DNA from: Candidatus Aenigmatarchaeota archaeon
Lineage (GTDB): Archaea > Aenigmatarchaeota > Aenigmatarchaeia > Aenigmatarchaeales > JACQIB01
DNA length: 48,815 bases
NCBI GenBank assembly: GCA_038999215.1
Contig: JAWABM010000002.1
Location: 1-48,815 of the forward strand
Direction: 5' to 3'
Shown here: positions 25,744-33,532 of the stretch, one piece after another
How positions within the stretch are numbered: the stretch's first letter is position 1
Layout: each line of letters begins with the position of its first letter
Notes under the pieces: generated by a model
What the model was told of the DNA's origin: nothing
Seen by the model: only the letters and a program-made list of their open reading frames with translations
Databases searched by the model: none
Program-made: the position numbers and the translations under genes

Positions 25744-25933
25744 TTCACGTGAAGGTAACGTGAAGATAGCACATTCACCCTCACTATCACCAACAATTGA
25801 TAAAATATTCACGTGAATATGCGTGAAGTTCACGTGAACATATACATGAATATGTAACTTTCTGTTTGTTGCTAAACAAAACTAAACAAAATAAACGTGA
25901 ATTCACGTGAACGAAACGTGAATAAGACGTGAA
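25744..25933. repeat. iteron clusters, GTGAA orientation (ACGTGAA / TTCACGTGAA units, 10-12 bp phasing)
   Basis: GTGAA starts at 25749, 25760; 25813, 25823, 25834, 25846 (ATGAA variant); 25897, 25907, 25918, 25929. Perfect palindromes TTCACGTGAA at 25744, 25808, 25829 and 25902, GTTCACGTGAAC at 25828-25839, and ACGTGAATTCACGT at 25895-25908. Confidence 0.85.
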
Positions 25934-26110
25934 CTTAAAATAGGATCAGAAAGCTGATTTTTGGCTCAATCAGGGTTTACCCTGCGGTTCCGGCAAATCA
26001 GCAAATTTTTCCTTTTTTCCCTGCTATTTTACTGGCTGAACTCTCACAAACCAGAAAAATCGGCCAAAAACAGGCATTTTTCTGTGAAATATATGTTTCA
26101 ATATATATTT

Positions 26111-26187
26111 ATCTTCACAAAACCTTCACTTTTCGTTCATTTGCTTCACGCGACCTTCACAAAATCTTCACATGCCCTTCACGTGAA
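26111..26187. repeat. tandem array of seven ~11-bp iterons, TTCAC orientation
   Basis: CTTCAC/GTTCAT hexamers start at 26113, 26124, 26135, 26144, 26155, 26166 and 26177, giving spacings of 11, 11, 9, 11, 11, 11. The last unit is TTCACGTGAA (26178-26187). Confidence 0.85.
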
Positions 26188-26196
26188 TGTAAAACC

Positions 26197-26204
26197 TTTA
26201 TATT
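26197..26204 (+). promoter_or_regulatory. TATA box for the AAA+/winged-helix gene (leaderless geometry)
   Basis: TTTATATT is centred about 26 nt upstream of ATG 26227. One further GTGAA unit (26211-26215) lies between the TATA box and the ATG. Confidence 0.45.
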
Positions 26205-26226
26205 TCTGGCGTGAATATATGTTTTG

Positions 26227-27321
26227 ATGGCAATGGAGCAGAATTTCAGCAAATTCGGATGGAAGGAAGACCCTTTCACTTTAAAAATAGACCCTTCGCT
26301 TTTCACAGGGTATGGCGAGCAGGTAAATGCCTTGGAAAATCATGTTTCCGAGCACCACAAGATAGCTCTTGTGACAGGCCCGACAGGATCCGGCAAAACG
26401 ACCCTTCTGAAATGGCTGGAAACCAACATGCCCGGCTGCGCAAAGCTCTATGTGAGCAAGCCGCCTGAGAAGCCCGAGCAGTTCGTGGGCATTTTTACCG
26501 ACATCTTCGGCATCAGCTTCTTTGACAGGCTTATTGGCAGGAAGGTCACGCTTTTCAATCTGCCCAAATATGTCAATTCCAAGCTCAGGGGCCACCACCT
26601 GGTTTTTCTGCTGGACGAAGCCCATGAGACCAACAGGGAGGTCATGGAATGGCTGCGCGTGCTTATCGACCAGATAAGCAGCATAAGTCTTGTCATGGCC
26701 GGCATGCCCGTCCTCGAAAGGAAGATAAAGGAGGAGCTGGAAACGCTTGACCAGCGCATAACGACCAGGGTGGCGCTCCAAGCCCTGAACAGGGACGATA
26801 CAAGGTCGCTCATAAGGAAGAGGATAGAGGCCGCCGGCGGCACCGGCATAGCGCCTTTCTCAGATTCGGCTGTTGACGCGATTTATAGCAAGACTGGCGG
26901 CTTCCCCAGGGAAGTAATAAAGCTATGCGACAAGCTCGTGAAGGACGCCATTGAAAAAGGCTTCGATGTGATAGAGGCCGCCAACATCGATACCTATAGG
27001 GAATTCGACCAGAATGTGAGAGTTGAGGAGCAGACCGTGACGTTCACGCCCAAGCCGCCGAGCGAGGAGCAGTTCAACAACCTGCCATACAAGCAGAAGA
27101 AGATTCTTGAGGTCCTGGCCAAGCAGGACTGGCTCACCCCGTCCGCGATTGTGGACGCGGTTGAGATGAAATCCTACAAATCCAAGGGCCATGCGGTCCG
27201 CTCCGTGAACAACATCCTTCATAGGCTGATGTTCGAGGGCTATATTCAGCGCGAGTCCCGCGGCAAGGCTTTCATGTACGCTTTGTCCCCGAAGGTAAAG
27301 ACGCTCTTCGTCGAAAAGTGA
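26227..27321 (+). CDS. AAA+ ATPase with C-terminal winged-helix domain (divergent Orc1/Cdc6-, ExeA- or Arch_ATPase-like)
   Basis: Walker A GPTGSGKTTLLKWL and Walker B LVFLLDEAHE. An arginine-containing sensor-like region (RITTRVALQALNRDD). C-terminal wH KKILEVLAKQDWLTPSAIVDAV...VNNILHRLMFEGYIQRESRGKAFMYALS. About 364 aa. Confidence 0.8.
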   Translation: MAMEQNFSKFGWKEDPFTLKIDPSLFTGYGEQVNALENHVSEHHKIALVTGPTGSGKTTLLKWLETNMPGCAKLYVSKPPEKPEQFVGIFTDIFGISFFDRLIGRKVTLFNLPKYVNSKLRGHHLVFLLDEAHETNREVMEWLRVLIDQISSISLVMAGMPVLERKIKEELETLDQRITTRVALQALNRDDTRSLIRKRIEAAGGTGIAPFSDSAVDAIYSKTGGFPREVIKLCDKLVKDAIEKGFDVIEAANIDTYREFDQNVRVEEQTVTFTPKPPSEEQFNNLPYKQKKILEVLAKQDWLTPSAIVDAVEMKSYKSKGHAVRSVNNILHRLMFEGYIQRESRGKAFMYALSPKVKTLFVEK

Positions 27322-27734
27322 AAGTTAAATCCTTTTTCTATGAACCTTTTTGCATGGTTGAGACAGGCTTGGTGGCGTGCGGCACTGTAATGGGCGTGAC
27401 TGTTGGCGGCTCGCTGCTGCTGTATCATTCGACTGAGTTTGCCAAGGGAGAAGATAGGCGCGTGGAGTCTGAATACAGGGAAATCTGCGAGAAATACGAG
27501 GGTCTCACTTCTCCGAACGGCGTTAGGGCTTTCAGGGATTCGATGCGCGCCATGTTCGAGTCCGCCAAGGAGCGCGCGCGCAACGACGGCTGGCTCGTCT
27601 ATCCGGCAATAAGAAGGATGATGGTGAAGGCCTGGCAGGCGGATATCGACGTTCTTGATGCGATAGACCCTGCCGACGCAGACGCTTATCAGCGCATAAG
27701 GGACGTTTTCAAGGCGACCGGCCAGTGGAAATAA
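27318..27734 (+). CDS. hypothetical protein with N-terminal TM helix
   Basis: GTG 27318 overlaps the stop of the AAA+ gene (GTGA); the alternative start is ATG 27354 (MVETGLVACGTVMGVTVGGSLLLY). The rest is helical and charged. No family recognised. Confidence 0.5.
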   Translation: MKVKSFFYEPFCMVETGLVACGTVMGVTVGGSLLLYHSTEFAKGEDRRVESEYREICEKYEGLTSPNGVRAFRDSMRAMFESAKERARNDGWLVYPAIRRMMVKAWQADIDVLDAIDPADADAYQRIRDVFKATGQWK

Positions 27735-27770
27735 AAGCGAGATTTTTTATTATGCAGACAATTATGTTTT

Positions 27771-28325
27771 ATGCCAAAGCTGCTCATAGTCGTGGTCGGG
27801 CTGCCGGCTTCCGGCAAGACCTTCACTGCGGAGTTGATAGCGAAGCGCTACCATGCGGCTTTCGTCAGTTCCGGAGATGTGATAAGGCGAGAGATCAAGC
27901 GGAGGCGCTTGCCCTACACAAGGGATACCGAGGCCTCGGTTTCGGCATGGTTCCACGAGAAGAACAGGGAGGCGCTCGTTGCGAAGCACGCATGGAACAT
28001 GATAAGGGGCCGCCGCAATGACATCTTTGTCATCGAGGGTTTGCGCACCTGCAGCCAGCTGAAGACGCTGGAGAGGCTTGCCGGGATGAAAGCCGTCGTA
28101 ATAGAGACTTATGCTCCACTGAAATTGAGGGTCCTGCGCTCGGCCCGCAGGCGCAGGTTCAGTGACCATAATCTGGAATACATCCGCGAAAGGGACAGGA
28201 GGGAGAAAAAGCGCGGTCTTGGCAGGCTCATTGCGCATGCTGATGCCAGGATAGACAACAGCGGCACGAAAAAGGACCTTGAAAAAAGCATTGATAAGGT
28301 CATGAAAGGGCTGCTCAAAGCTTAA
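27771..28325 (+). CDS. P-loop nucleotide kinase-like protein (archaeal UPF0200 / dephospho-CoA-kinase-like family)
   Basis: Walker A VVGLPASGKTF, then VIEGLRTCSQL and a C-terminal RERDRREKKRGLGRLIAHADARIDNSG pattern that matches UPF0200 proteins as I remember them. Confidence 0.75.
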   Translation: MPKLLIVVVGLPASGKTFTAELIAKRYHAAFVSSGDVIRREIKRRRLPYTRDTEASVSAWFHEKNREALVAKHAWNMIRGRRNDIFVIEGLRTCSQLKTLERLAGMKAVVIETYAPLKLRVLRSARRRRFSDHNLEYIRERDRREKKRGLGRLIAHADARIDNSGTKKDLEKSIDKVMKGLLKA

Positions 28326-28371
28326 ATATTTGCGGCTTACCAATTATATACAGGCTTTGAGGTGAGCATAG

Positions 28372-28629
28372 ATGAGCAAAGCGAACGTAAAGAACATGAT
28401 TGGCAAAGTGATCGTGTCTGAGGAGACCGGAAGGAGGTTCGGCATTGTGGGCGACGTTGCTTTCGTGACAGAATCTGGCGAATTGATGAACATAGTCGTC
28501 ACAGAGCCCACAAAAACCGCCACGGAGCTCGGGCTTCAGGAGGACAGCAACGGAAAGGTGGCTATACCGTTCTCGGCAGTGAAGTCCGTCGGGGATTTCA
28601 TCATAATCTCGGAAAAGGACATAGTCTGA
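28372..28629 (+). CDS. PRC-barrel domain protein
   Basis: 85 aa. The segments MIGKVIVSEETGRRFGIVGDVAFVTESGELMNIVV...VAIPFSAVKSVGDFIII follow the typical PRC-barrel pattern. Confidence 0.7.
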   Translation: MSKANVKNMIGKVIVSEETGRRFGIVGDVAFVTESGELMNIVVTEPTKTATELGLQEDSNGKVAIPFSAVKSVGDFIIISEKDIV

Positions 28630-28730
28630 AGTGCTTTCCTGGATTCTTTGGCCGTCCGGCCGTTTTTCATAGCTTTGCCAGCTAGGTCTCGGTCCGCAAG
28701 CACTTATTTCCATAATGCCTTGATCAGCGC

Positions 28731-29702
28731 CTAGTCGTCGCCCTTCTTCTTGTCGTCGACGTCGCGGACGCCGTCCTCGGTTATCTGGAACACGCACTCG
28801 GCCTCGGGCAGATTGGGCGAGTCCACCATCCTCGCGACCCTTGTTCCTGCCTTCCCTCTCCTCACGTACACCCTATATGTCGAGAAATGGCCCATCACGT
28901 GCCCGCCTATCGGTGTGGTTGGGTCGCCGAACAGCAGCCCCGGGTTCGCCATAACCTGGTTCGTTATGTAGACGGCGATGTTGTACACGTCCGCGAGCCT
29001 CTGTATGGAGTGCAGGTACCTGTTGAGCTTCTGCTGCCTCGACGCCAGGTCGCCTCTTCCAGAAAAATCGACCCTGAAGTGCGCGGTCGCCGAGTCCACG
29101 ATTATGAGCTTCACGTTCCTTTCCTTTATCATCTCGCCGGCCTTCTCGATGAGGACCTTCTGGTGGTCCGAGTTGTACGCCCTTGCCACAAATATGTTTT
29201 CTAGCGCCTTCTCCTGGTCCAGCCCCACAGCCTTGGCCATCTGTATTATCCTTTCCGGCCTGAAGGTCGCTTCTGTGTCGATGAATATGCACGTGCCGTC
29301 CAGCCCGCCCTTCTCTTTCGGCAGCTGCACGTTCACAGCAAGCTGGTGCGCCACTTGGCTCTTGCTCGAGCCGTAAGCCCCGTGGAATTCTGTGACAGCG
29401 CCTGTTTCTATTCCTCCCCCCAGAAGGTTGTCGAGCGCTTTGCTGCCGGTCGTTATCCTAGCTATGGCAAGCCTCTTTTCGTAAACTTTCGTGGCCTGCT
29501 CGAACCCGAGGTCGAGCGCCTCTCTTGCGGCTTCGATTATCTTTTCAGAAGTTGCGTCGCCAAGCCCCGCCACCGCCGCAAGCTCGGCCGGCGCGGCCGC
29601 TGCTATCGACATCATGTCTATGAATCCGGCCTCTTTCAGCTTTTCCGCAGTTTTTTCCCCTACGCCAGGTAGGTCTGCGACATCAGTGATTTTTTTCGCC
29701 AT
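28731..29702 (-). CDS. radA: DNA repair and recombination protein RadA
   Basis: N-terminal HhH domain (LPGVGEKTAEKLKEAGF), then a RecA core with LLGGGIETGAVTEFHGAYGSSKSQVAHQLAVNVQLP, Walker B LIIVDS and L2 NQVMANPG. Note the atypical Walker A, GSSKS in place of GSGKT. Confidence 0.95.
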   Translation of the reverse strand: MAKKITDVADLPGVGEKTAEKLKEAGFIDMMSIAAAAPAELAAVAGLGDATSEKIIEAAREALDLGFEQATKVYEKRLAIARITTGSKALDNLLGGGIETGAVTEFHGAYGSSKSQVAHQLAVNVQLPKEKGGLDGTCIFIDTEATFRPERIIQMAKAVGLDQEKALENIFVARAYNSDHQKVLIEKAGEMIKERNVKLIIVDSATAHFRVDFSGRGDLASRQQKLNRYLHSIQRLADVYNIAVYITNQVMANPGLLFGDPTTPIGGHVMGHFSTYRVYVRRGKAGTRVARMVDSPNLPEAECVFQITEDGVRDVDDKKKGDD

Positions 29703-29714
29703 CCAACCCCCTTC

Positions 29715-30701
29715 TTATTGATTGGACCCCAAAGCATTTATTTGCAGTTCTATTTCCTTCCTGAGGTCCACGTTCTCGACCTCGTTGACAATGAATTCCT
29801 TCCTGTTGAACATCTTGTTCTTCCTGACTTTTCCCCTGAAAACGAACTCCTTCCCGATTATATCGACGTCCTCGAAAAGGTGCCCTTTCTTCGCGATCGC
29901 CGCGTCCATATCCATGTCAAGCAGCTTCGCGCCTGCCTCCCGGAAGAACACTGCCCTTATGTTGCCTGTCCCGTCGTCTATCACTCCGGAAATCACGAAC
30001 GTCTGCTTAGGCGTCACGGCTCCATGCTTCGGGCATTCGTACTTGCCGTTGGTCTGCTTCGCCCTTGACCCGCAGGTCGGGCACACATCGTAGAAAATTT
30101 CAGTCTCGAACAGCTGCACTATCGCCGCCCTCACATCGTAGAAGTTTCCTTCAATGAGTTCGCTTATCTTGGCCCTTCCGCCCTCCTCCCTGGTCTTGCT
30201 CATCTCCTCGATCTTCGGCAGGCTGCTGTCCTCTATCACCTTCAGCCCTCCGCGCCTGCCTATCCTGAGCTCCGGTTCTCCACGGTTGTTCTCCTTCGTG
30301 TAGGCGCCGAAGACCTCTATCGCGATGCCAGGCTCGAGGTTCTTCACAACCTCGGCCTGTTGGTCCCAAAGAGTGAGCCTCATCCTGCCGCTCGCGTCTG
30401 CGATTATCATGCTTGCGACCACGCCTTTCCTGCCCTTGCTCTCGAATTCGCGCGGCTCAGATATCCTTTCTATCCTGCCGCGCACGCTGATGTTGGTGAT
30501 GCCCGCCCCGACCTTTCCGAGCTCTAGCGTCTTCCTCATGGCTTTGACAAGGTCCAGTCCGAGCTCCTTCGCCACTATGTACGCCGCCCCTTCCTTGGAG
30601 ACAAGCCCTGAGAGCTCCATCTGTTTCTCCTCTATCTTCTTCTCGACGGCGGTCCTGTCCATGCCCGTTGTAGAAATTATCTTCTGTATGATGTCCTCCA
30701 T
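29715..30701 (-). CDS. replication protein A-like ssDNA-binding protein (OB folds plus Zn ribbon)
   Basis: N-terminal MEDIIQKIISTTGMDRTAVEKKIEEKQMELSGLVSKEGAAYIVAKELG as in euryarchaeal RPA, two OB-fold segments, and CPTCGSRAKQTNGKYECPKHG. Confidence 0.8.
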   Translation of the reverse strand: MEDIIQKIISTTGMDRTAVEKKIEEKQMELSGLVSKEGAAYIVAKELGLDLVKAMRKTLELGKVGAGITNISVRGRIERISEPREFESKGRKGVVASMIIADASGRMRLTLWDQQAEVVKNLEPGIAIEVFGAYTKENNRGEPELRIGRRGGLKVIEDSSLPKIEEMSKTREEGGRAKISELIEGNFYDVRAAIVQLFETEIFYDVCPTCGSRAKQTNGKYECPKHGAVTPKQTFVISGVIDDGTGNIRAVFFREAGAKLLDMDMDAAIAKKGHLFEDVDIIGKEFVFRGKVRKNKMFNRKEFIVNEVENVDLRKEIELQINALGSNQ

Positions 30702-30741
30702 CGAACCACCCTATAACTAATGCACTGAAACTATAAATCCT

Positions 30742-30951
30742 TTAGGAGGAAAGCAGCTCCTTCACGGCCTCCCTCACTTCAGCCGCGCTCACGCACTTTT
30801 TCTTGGCCCTCATGGCTATTGCGTCGGCTTCCGAGGCTATGTCGGCCGTTATCTCCTCTAGCAATTGCGAGAACTCCTTGGCGGCGGCCTTGTCTGCCTT
30901 CAGTCCCGTCCTTTTCAGCATTTCTTCGGCCACAGCAGGGTCGTATTCCAT
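30742..30951 (-). CDS. archaeal histone (histone-fold protein)
   Basis: From ATG 30951: MEYDPAVAEEMLKRTGLKADKAAAKEFSQLLEEITADIASEADAIAMRAKKKCVSAAEVREAV aligns by eye with the HMf-type ...[55 protein letters not shown]. KKC replaces the usual RKT. Confidence 0.7.
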   Translation of the reverse strand: MEYDPAVAEEMLKRTGLKADKAAAKEFSQLLEEITADIASEADAIAMRAKKKCVSAAEVREAVKELLSS

Positions 30952-31080
30952 GCAAAGCCTATTGTTTTCCGGCAAATATAACTTTATTCTTTGTGCAGGA
31001 AGGCGAAAATTTCCCTGTTCCGCAGGAAAAATTGCACTTTAGGAGGGTTCAAAGCGGAAGAAAAATAGTATGTTCTATGT

Positions 31081-31104
31081 AATAGATATGTCAACATATC
31101 TATT
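31081..31104. promoter_or_regulatory. inverted repeat AATAGATATGT-CA-ACATATCTATT (11-bp perfect arms)
   Basis: Read directly from the sequence, in the divergent region between the histone gene and the wHTH gene at 31233. Confidence 0.55.
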
Positions 31105-31232
31105 AAGAAACATATACGTAAACAGATAGCGTTAAATATTGGTGATACGATATTTATTTAGAAACAATTGTCGCATAAAATATATCATCAATACATCATA
31201 CAACCTTTATATGCGATAGCTGACCAATAAAA

Positions 31233-31571
31233 TTGAGGTGTAAGTGCTTGAAATTCAAACAACAGAAGAAAAATGTGTTCGAAATTCTGTTTTTGCACGA
31301 CAAGCCAGTGAAAATGCTCACCTCGTTGCGTTCTGACCAGATACAATACGCCACGCAGGTCTCCAAATATGTTGACTGCACCTATTCGCACACCGTCAAG
31401 GTGCTGGAAATGTTCAAGGATCTCGGTTTGGTGCAGTTCGAGAAGAAAGGAAGGGTGAAAATGATTAAGCTGACCGGCGAGGGCGAGGAAATCGCGCATC
31501 ATTTCGAGGGATTAAGGAAGAAATTCGACAACCTTGAGAAGGATTTGAAAATACCGCAGCAGGGCAGATGA
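31233..31571 (+). CDS. winged-helix transcriptional regulator (ArsR/MarR-like)
   Basis: QYATQVSKYVDCTYSHTVKVLEMFKDLGLVQFEKKGRVKMIKLTGEGEEIA reads as HTH plus wing. The start codon is uncertain: a non-ATG start at 31233 or a downstream GTG. Confidence 0.55.
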   Translation: MRCKCLKFKQQKKNVFEILFLHDKPVKMLTSLRSDQIQYATQVSKYVDCTYSHTVKVLEMFKDLGLVQFEKKGRVKMIKLTGEGEEIAHHFEGLRKKFDNLEKDLKIPQQGR

Positions 31572-31806
31572 TTTCTCCGCGCGCCATGGCACAACTGAAC
31601 GAAAAATACCATACTTTTTCTTTCTGCTTTTTATGAAAAGGTGCAATTTCCGGCAAAATTCCGTTTGTCATTTTTCATGAACTGGAGGAAACGGCCATTC
31701 CCCCGGAAAATCCACGAAAACTGACAATATGGGCTATAGCCCGCTCCATCCCCATGGCCGGCCGAAAAGATGTCTGAAAAATGCCTTTGCTATTGGAACA
31801 TACAAA

Positions 31807-31815
31807 TTTTTATAA
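31807..31815 (+). promoter_or_regulatory. TATA box upstream of the ORF at 31839
   Basis: TTTTTATAA is centred about 28 nt upstream of ATG 31839. Confidence 0.45.
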
Positions 31816-31838
31816 GGTAGTCAGTTTATGTATACTAC

Positions 31839-32237
31839 ATGGCGAGGCAGTTCAAGCAGCGACGCACGAAGTCCACCAGAATGCTCTTCTCTGCAAATAC
31901 GATACCTTCGGATATAAAGATTGAGGAGATAATGGAAATCGTTTTCGGAACATCGATAAATGGCGTCAACAAGGCCGCTGAAGCTTCCAAGGTAATCTTT
32001 CAATATTTTAAAGACAGCGGCACGCATATGATAAGCGATAGGGAGCTTTCCAAGATAGCCAATGCCGCCAGTTTCAGCCGGGGCCAGTTTTATAACGTGG
32101 TGCATGACATGATTTCCATGGGAATCCTGAGAAGGAGCGAGTTCGGCGACTATGAGCTTTCAACTGATTTCTCTTCCGCGCTCACCAGGATAGCAGAAAG
32201 CTATAGAAATACCGTTAAAGGCCTCGTCAAGAAGTGA
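31839..32237 (+). CDS. hypothetical protein, possible winged-helix domain
   Basis: 132 aa. The segment ISDRELSKIANAASFSRGQFYNVVHDMISMGILRRSEFGDYELS looks like HTH plus wing. Preceded by a good TATA box. Confidence 0.5.
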   Translation: MARQFKQRRTKSTRMLFSANTIPSDIKIEEIMEIVFGTSINGVNKAAEASKVIFQYFKDSGTHMISDRELSKIANAASFSRGQFYNVVHDMISMGILRRSEFGDYELSTDFSSALTRIAESYRNTVKGLVKK

Positions 32238-32538
32238 AAAAACAGGCCGAAATAAAATTGGCTAGTATAACTGTTATGCTATCTAGGTTGCGATACTCGT
32301 AATTGTTTACATATGACCTAACAGTTGTAAGGTAAAAGATAGGTTACATTATTTGTAATTTGTTAAAACCAACATAGGATATAGTATGTAAAATATACTT
32401 TACAGTAGATGATGGTCGGAAACCCTCGCGGCCAAATGTGAGAGTTCAGGCGGAAAGTGAAGATGAAATGAAGGTCTGTGCTTTGCCGCAATCCCTTGCA
32501 ATCGGTTTAAATTTTTTCGCCGCCTACATGTATGTGCC

Positions 32539-32997
32539 ATGTTCAATGAAAAGGAAAAGAAGGAAGAACCTGAGGAAGAGCCGGATGTTGCGCCTTGGGA
32601 CGACGGACCACAAAAATCCGCAGCGCCGCCGGCGTCAGCCGAGCCAGTGAAGGCCGAAGAACGCCCGATGCCTTCGGAGCCGCCCAATACAGAAGAAAAG
32701 CGTGATGGTTCGTCAGTATATGCGGCTTTCATGCCTAAGCGTCACAAGACTGCTTATTGCAAATGGTGGTCCAAGAGCAGGCTTCTCGAAATATATCCAG
32801 GCAGGTGCGAGAACATGAATTGCGACATCTTCATAATCGAGATGGCAGGCAGTGACGGCAAATACCCGAAAAAGGCGAGGGAAGCATTCCCGTATTGCTG
32901 CGAATACTGCACGACGGACATCAACGAGGCCGTCAAGGCGCTCCAGGAATACAGGAAGAGTCAGGAAAAGGTGAGCGATGTCTTTATTGATATGTGA
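32539..32997 (+). CDS. hypothetical protein: acidic/Pro-rich N-terminus, Cys-rich C-terminal domain
   Basis: 152 aa. TATA-like TTTAAATT at 32506-32513. Cys pattern CKWW..x13..CENMNC...YCCEYC suggests metal binding. No family recognised. Confidence 0.5.
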   Translation: MFNEKEKKEEPEEEPDVAPWDDGPQKSAAPPASAEPVKAEERPMPSEPPNTEEKRDGSSVYAAFMPKRHKTAYCKWWSKSRLLEIYPGRCENMNCDIFIIEMAGSDGKYPKKAREAFPYCCEYCTTDINEAVKALQEYRKSQEKVSDVFIDM

Positions 32998-33038
32998 GCG
33001 CTATTGCTGGCGCTAGTTCTTTGAGCAGAATGAAAATT

Positions 33039-33470
33039 CTATTTCTTTTCCGGGGGCCTTATTCTTGCATAAGGCAGGGCTATTGATGGCGGCAGCTGCA
33101 AGTCGTCCGAGAGTTCGAGCGACTTGGTTATGCACTTTCTGAGTATGGTGTTCAGCACGTCTATGTTCAGCGCTTCCGGTATTTTCTTCTCCTTCGCCCA
33201 CATTTCCAGCACCTTTTTGTCGTCCTCGCCGAGATAGAAGACGTCGCCTTCCATTTCTATCATTGCGAAGCTCTTCCCGTTCTCTTTCTTGTATTCCACA
33301 TCAAAGACGAAGGTTATTTCAAGGCCCTTCTTGCCTATCATGGGTATGTCCTTCTCCCTGACATCCTTTATCTTTGTCCTGTTCTCGACTCCGGCCATCC
33401 CTTCAAAATCCTCGCTTTTGCTCGCGTTTATCAGCTTCAGTTTCATTCCGACTGCTGGCATTGTTCTCAC
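33039..33470 (-). CDS. hypothetical protein
   Basis: 143-aa ORF (alternative start M9 at 33446) with mixed beta/alpha character. No family recognised with confidence. Confidence 0.5.
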   Translation of the reverse strand: MRTMPAVGMKLKLINASKSEDFEGMAGVENRTKIKDVREKDIPMIGKKGLEITFVFDVEYKKENGKSFAMIEMEGDVFYLGEDDKKVLEMWAKEKKIPEALNIDVLNTILRKCITKSLELSDDLQLPPSIALPYARIRPPEKK

Positions 33471-33532
33471 CTTAAAACTTTAATATTATGGAGGCATATT
33501 AGTATTAATAGTTTCATGACGGAGTTGATGAT

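Noticed and set aside
25730-26215. Possibility that the repeat field is a CRISPR array.
   Set aside because: The units are only about 11 bp, degenerate, partly palindromic and contiguous, without 25-40 bp repeats or unique spacers. No cas genes are nearby.
25961-26227. 88-aa ORF inside the iteron field.
   Set aside because: Its sequence is dictated by the TTCAC repeats and AT-rich tracts (FLFSLLFYW..., HLLHATFTKSSHALHV). It has no start context. I treat it as non-coding.
28628-28705. Distant inverted repeat AGTGCTT...AAGCACT and GGCCGTCCGGCC followed by a T-run, between the PRC-barrel gene and radA.
   Set aside because: This is probably just the bidirectional termination zone of two convergent genes. 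The stems are short, and nothing suggests a structured RNA gene.
30742-30951. Histone with KKC in place of the conserved RKT/RxT motif as a separate finding.
   Set aside because: It is a conservative Lys-for-Arg change in a short protein, and I cannot judge its significance without an alignment. It is noted only in the feature evidence.
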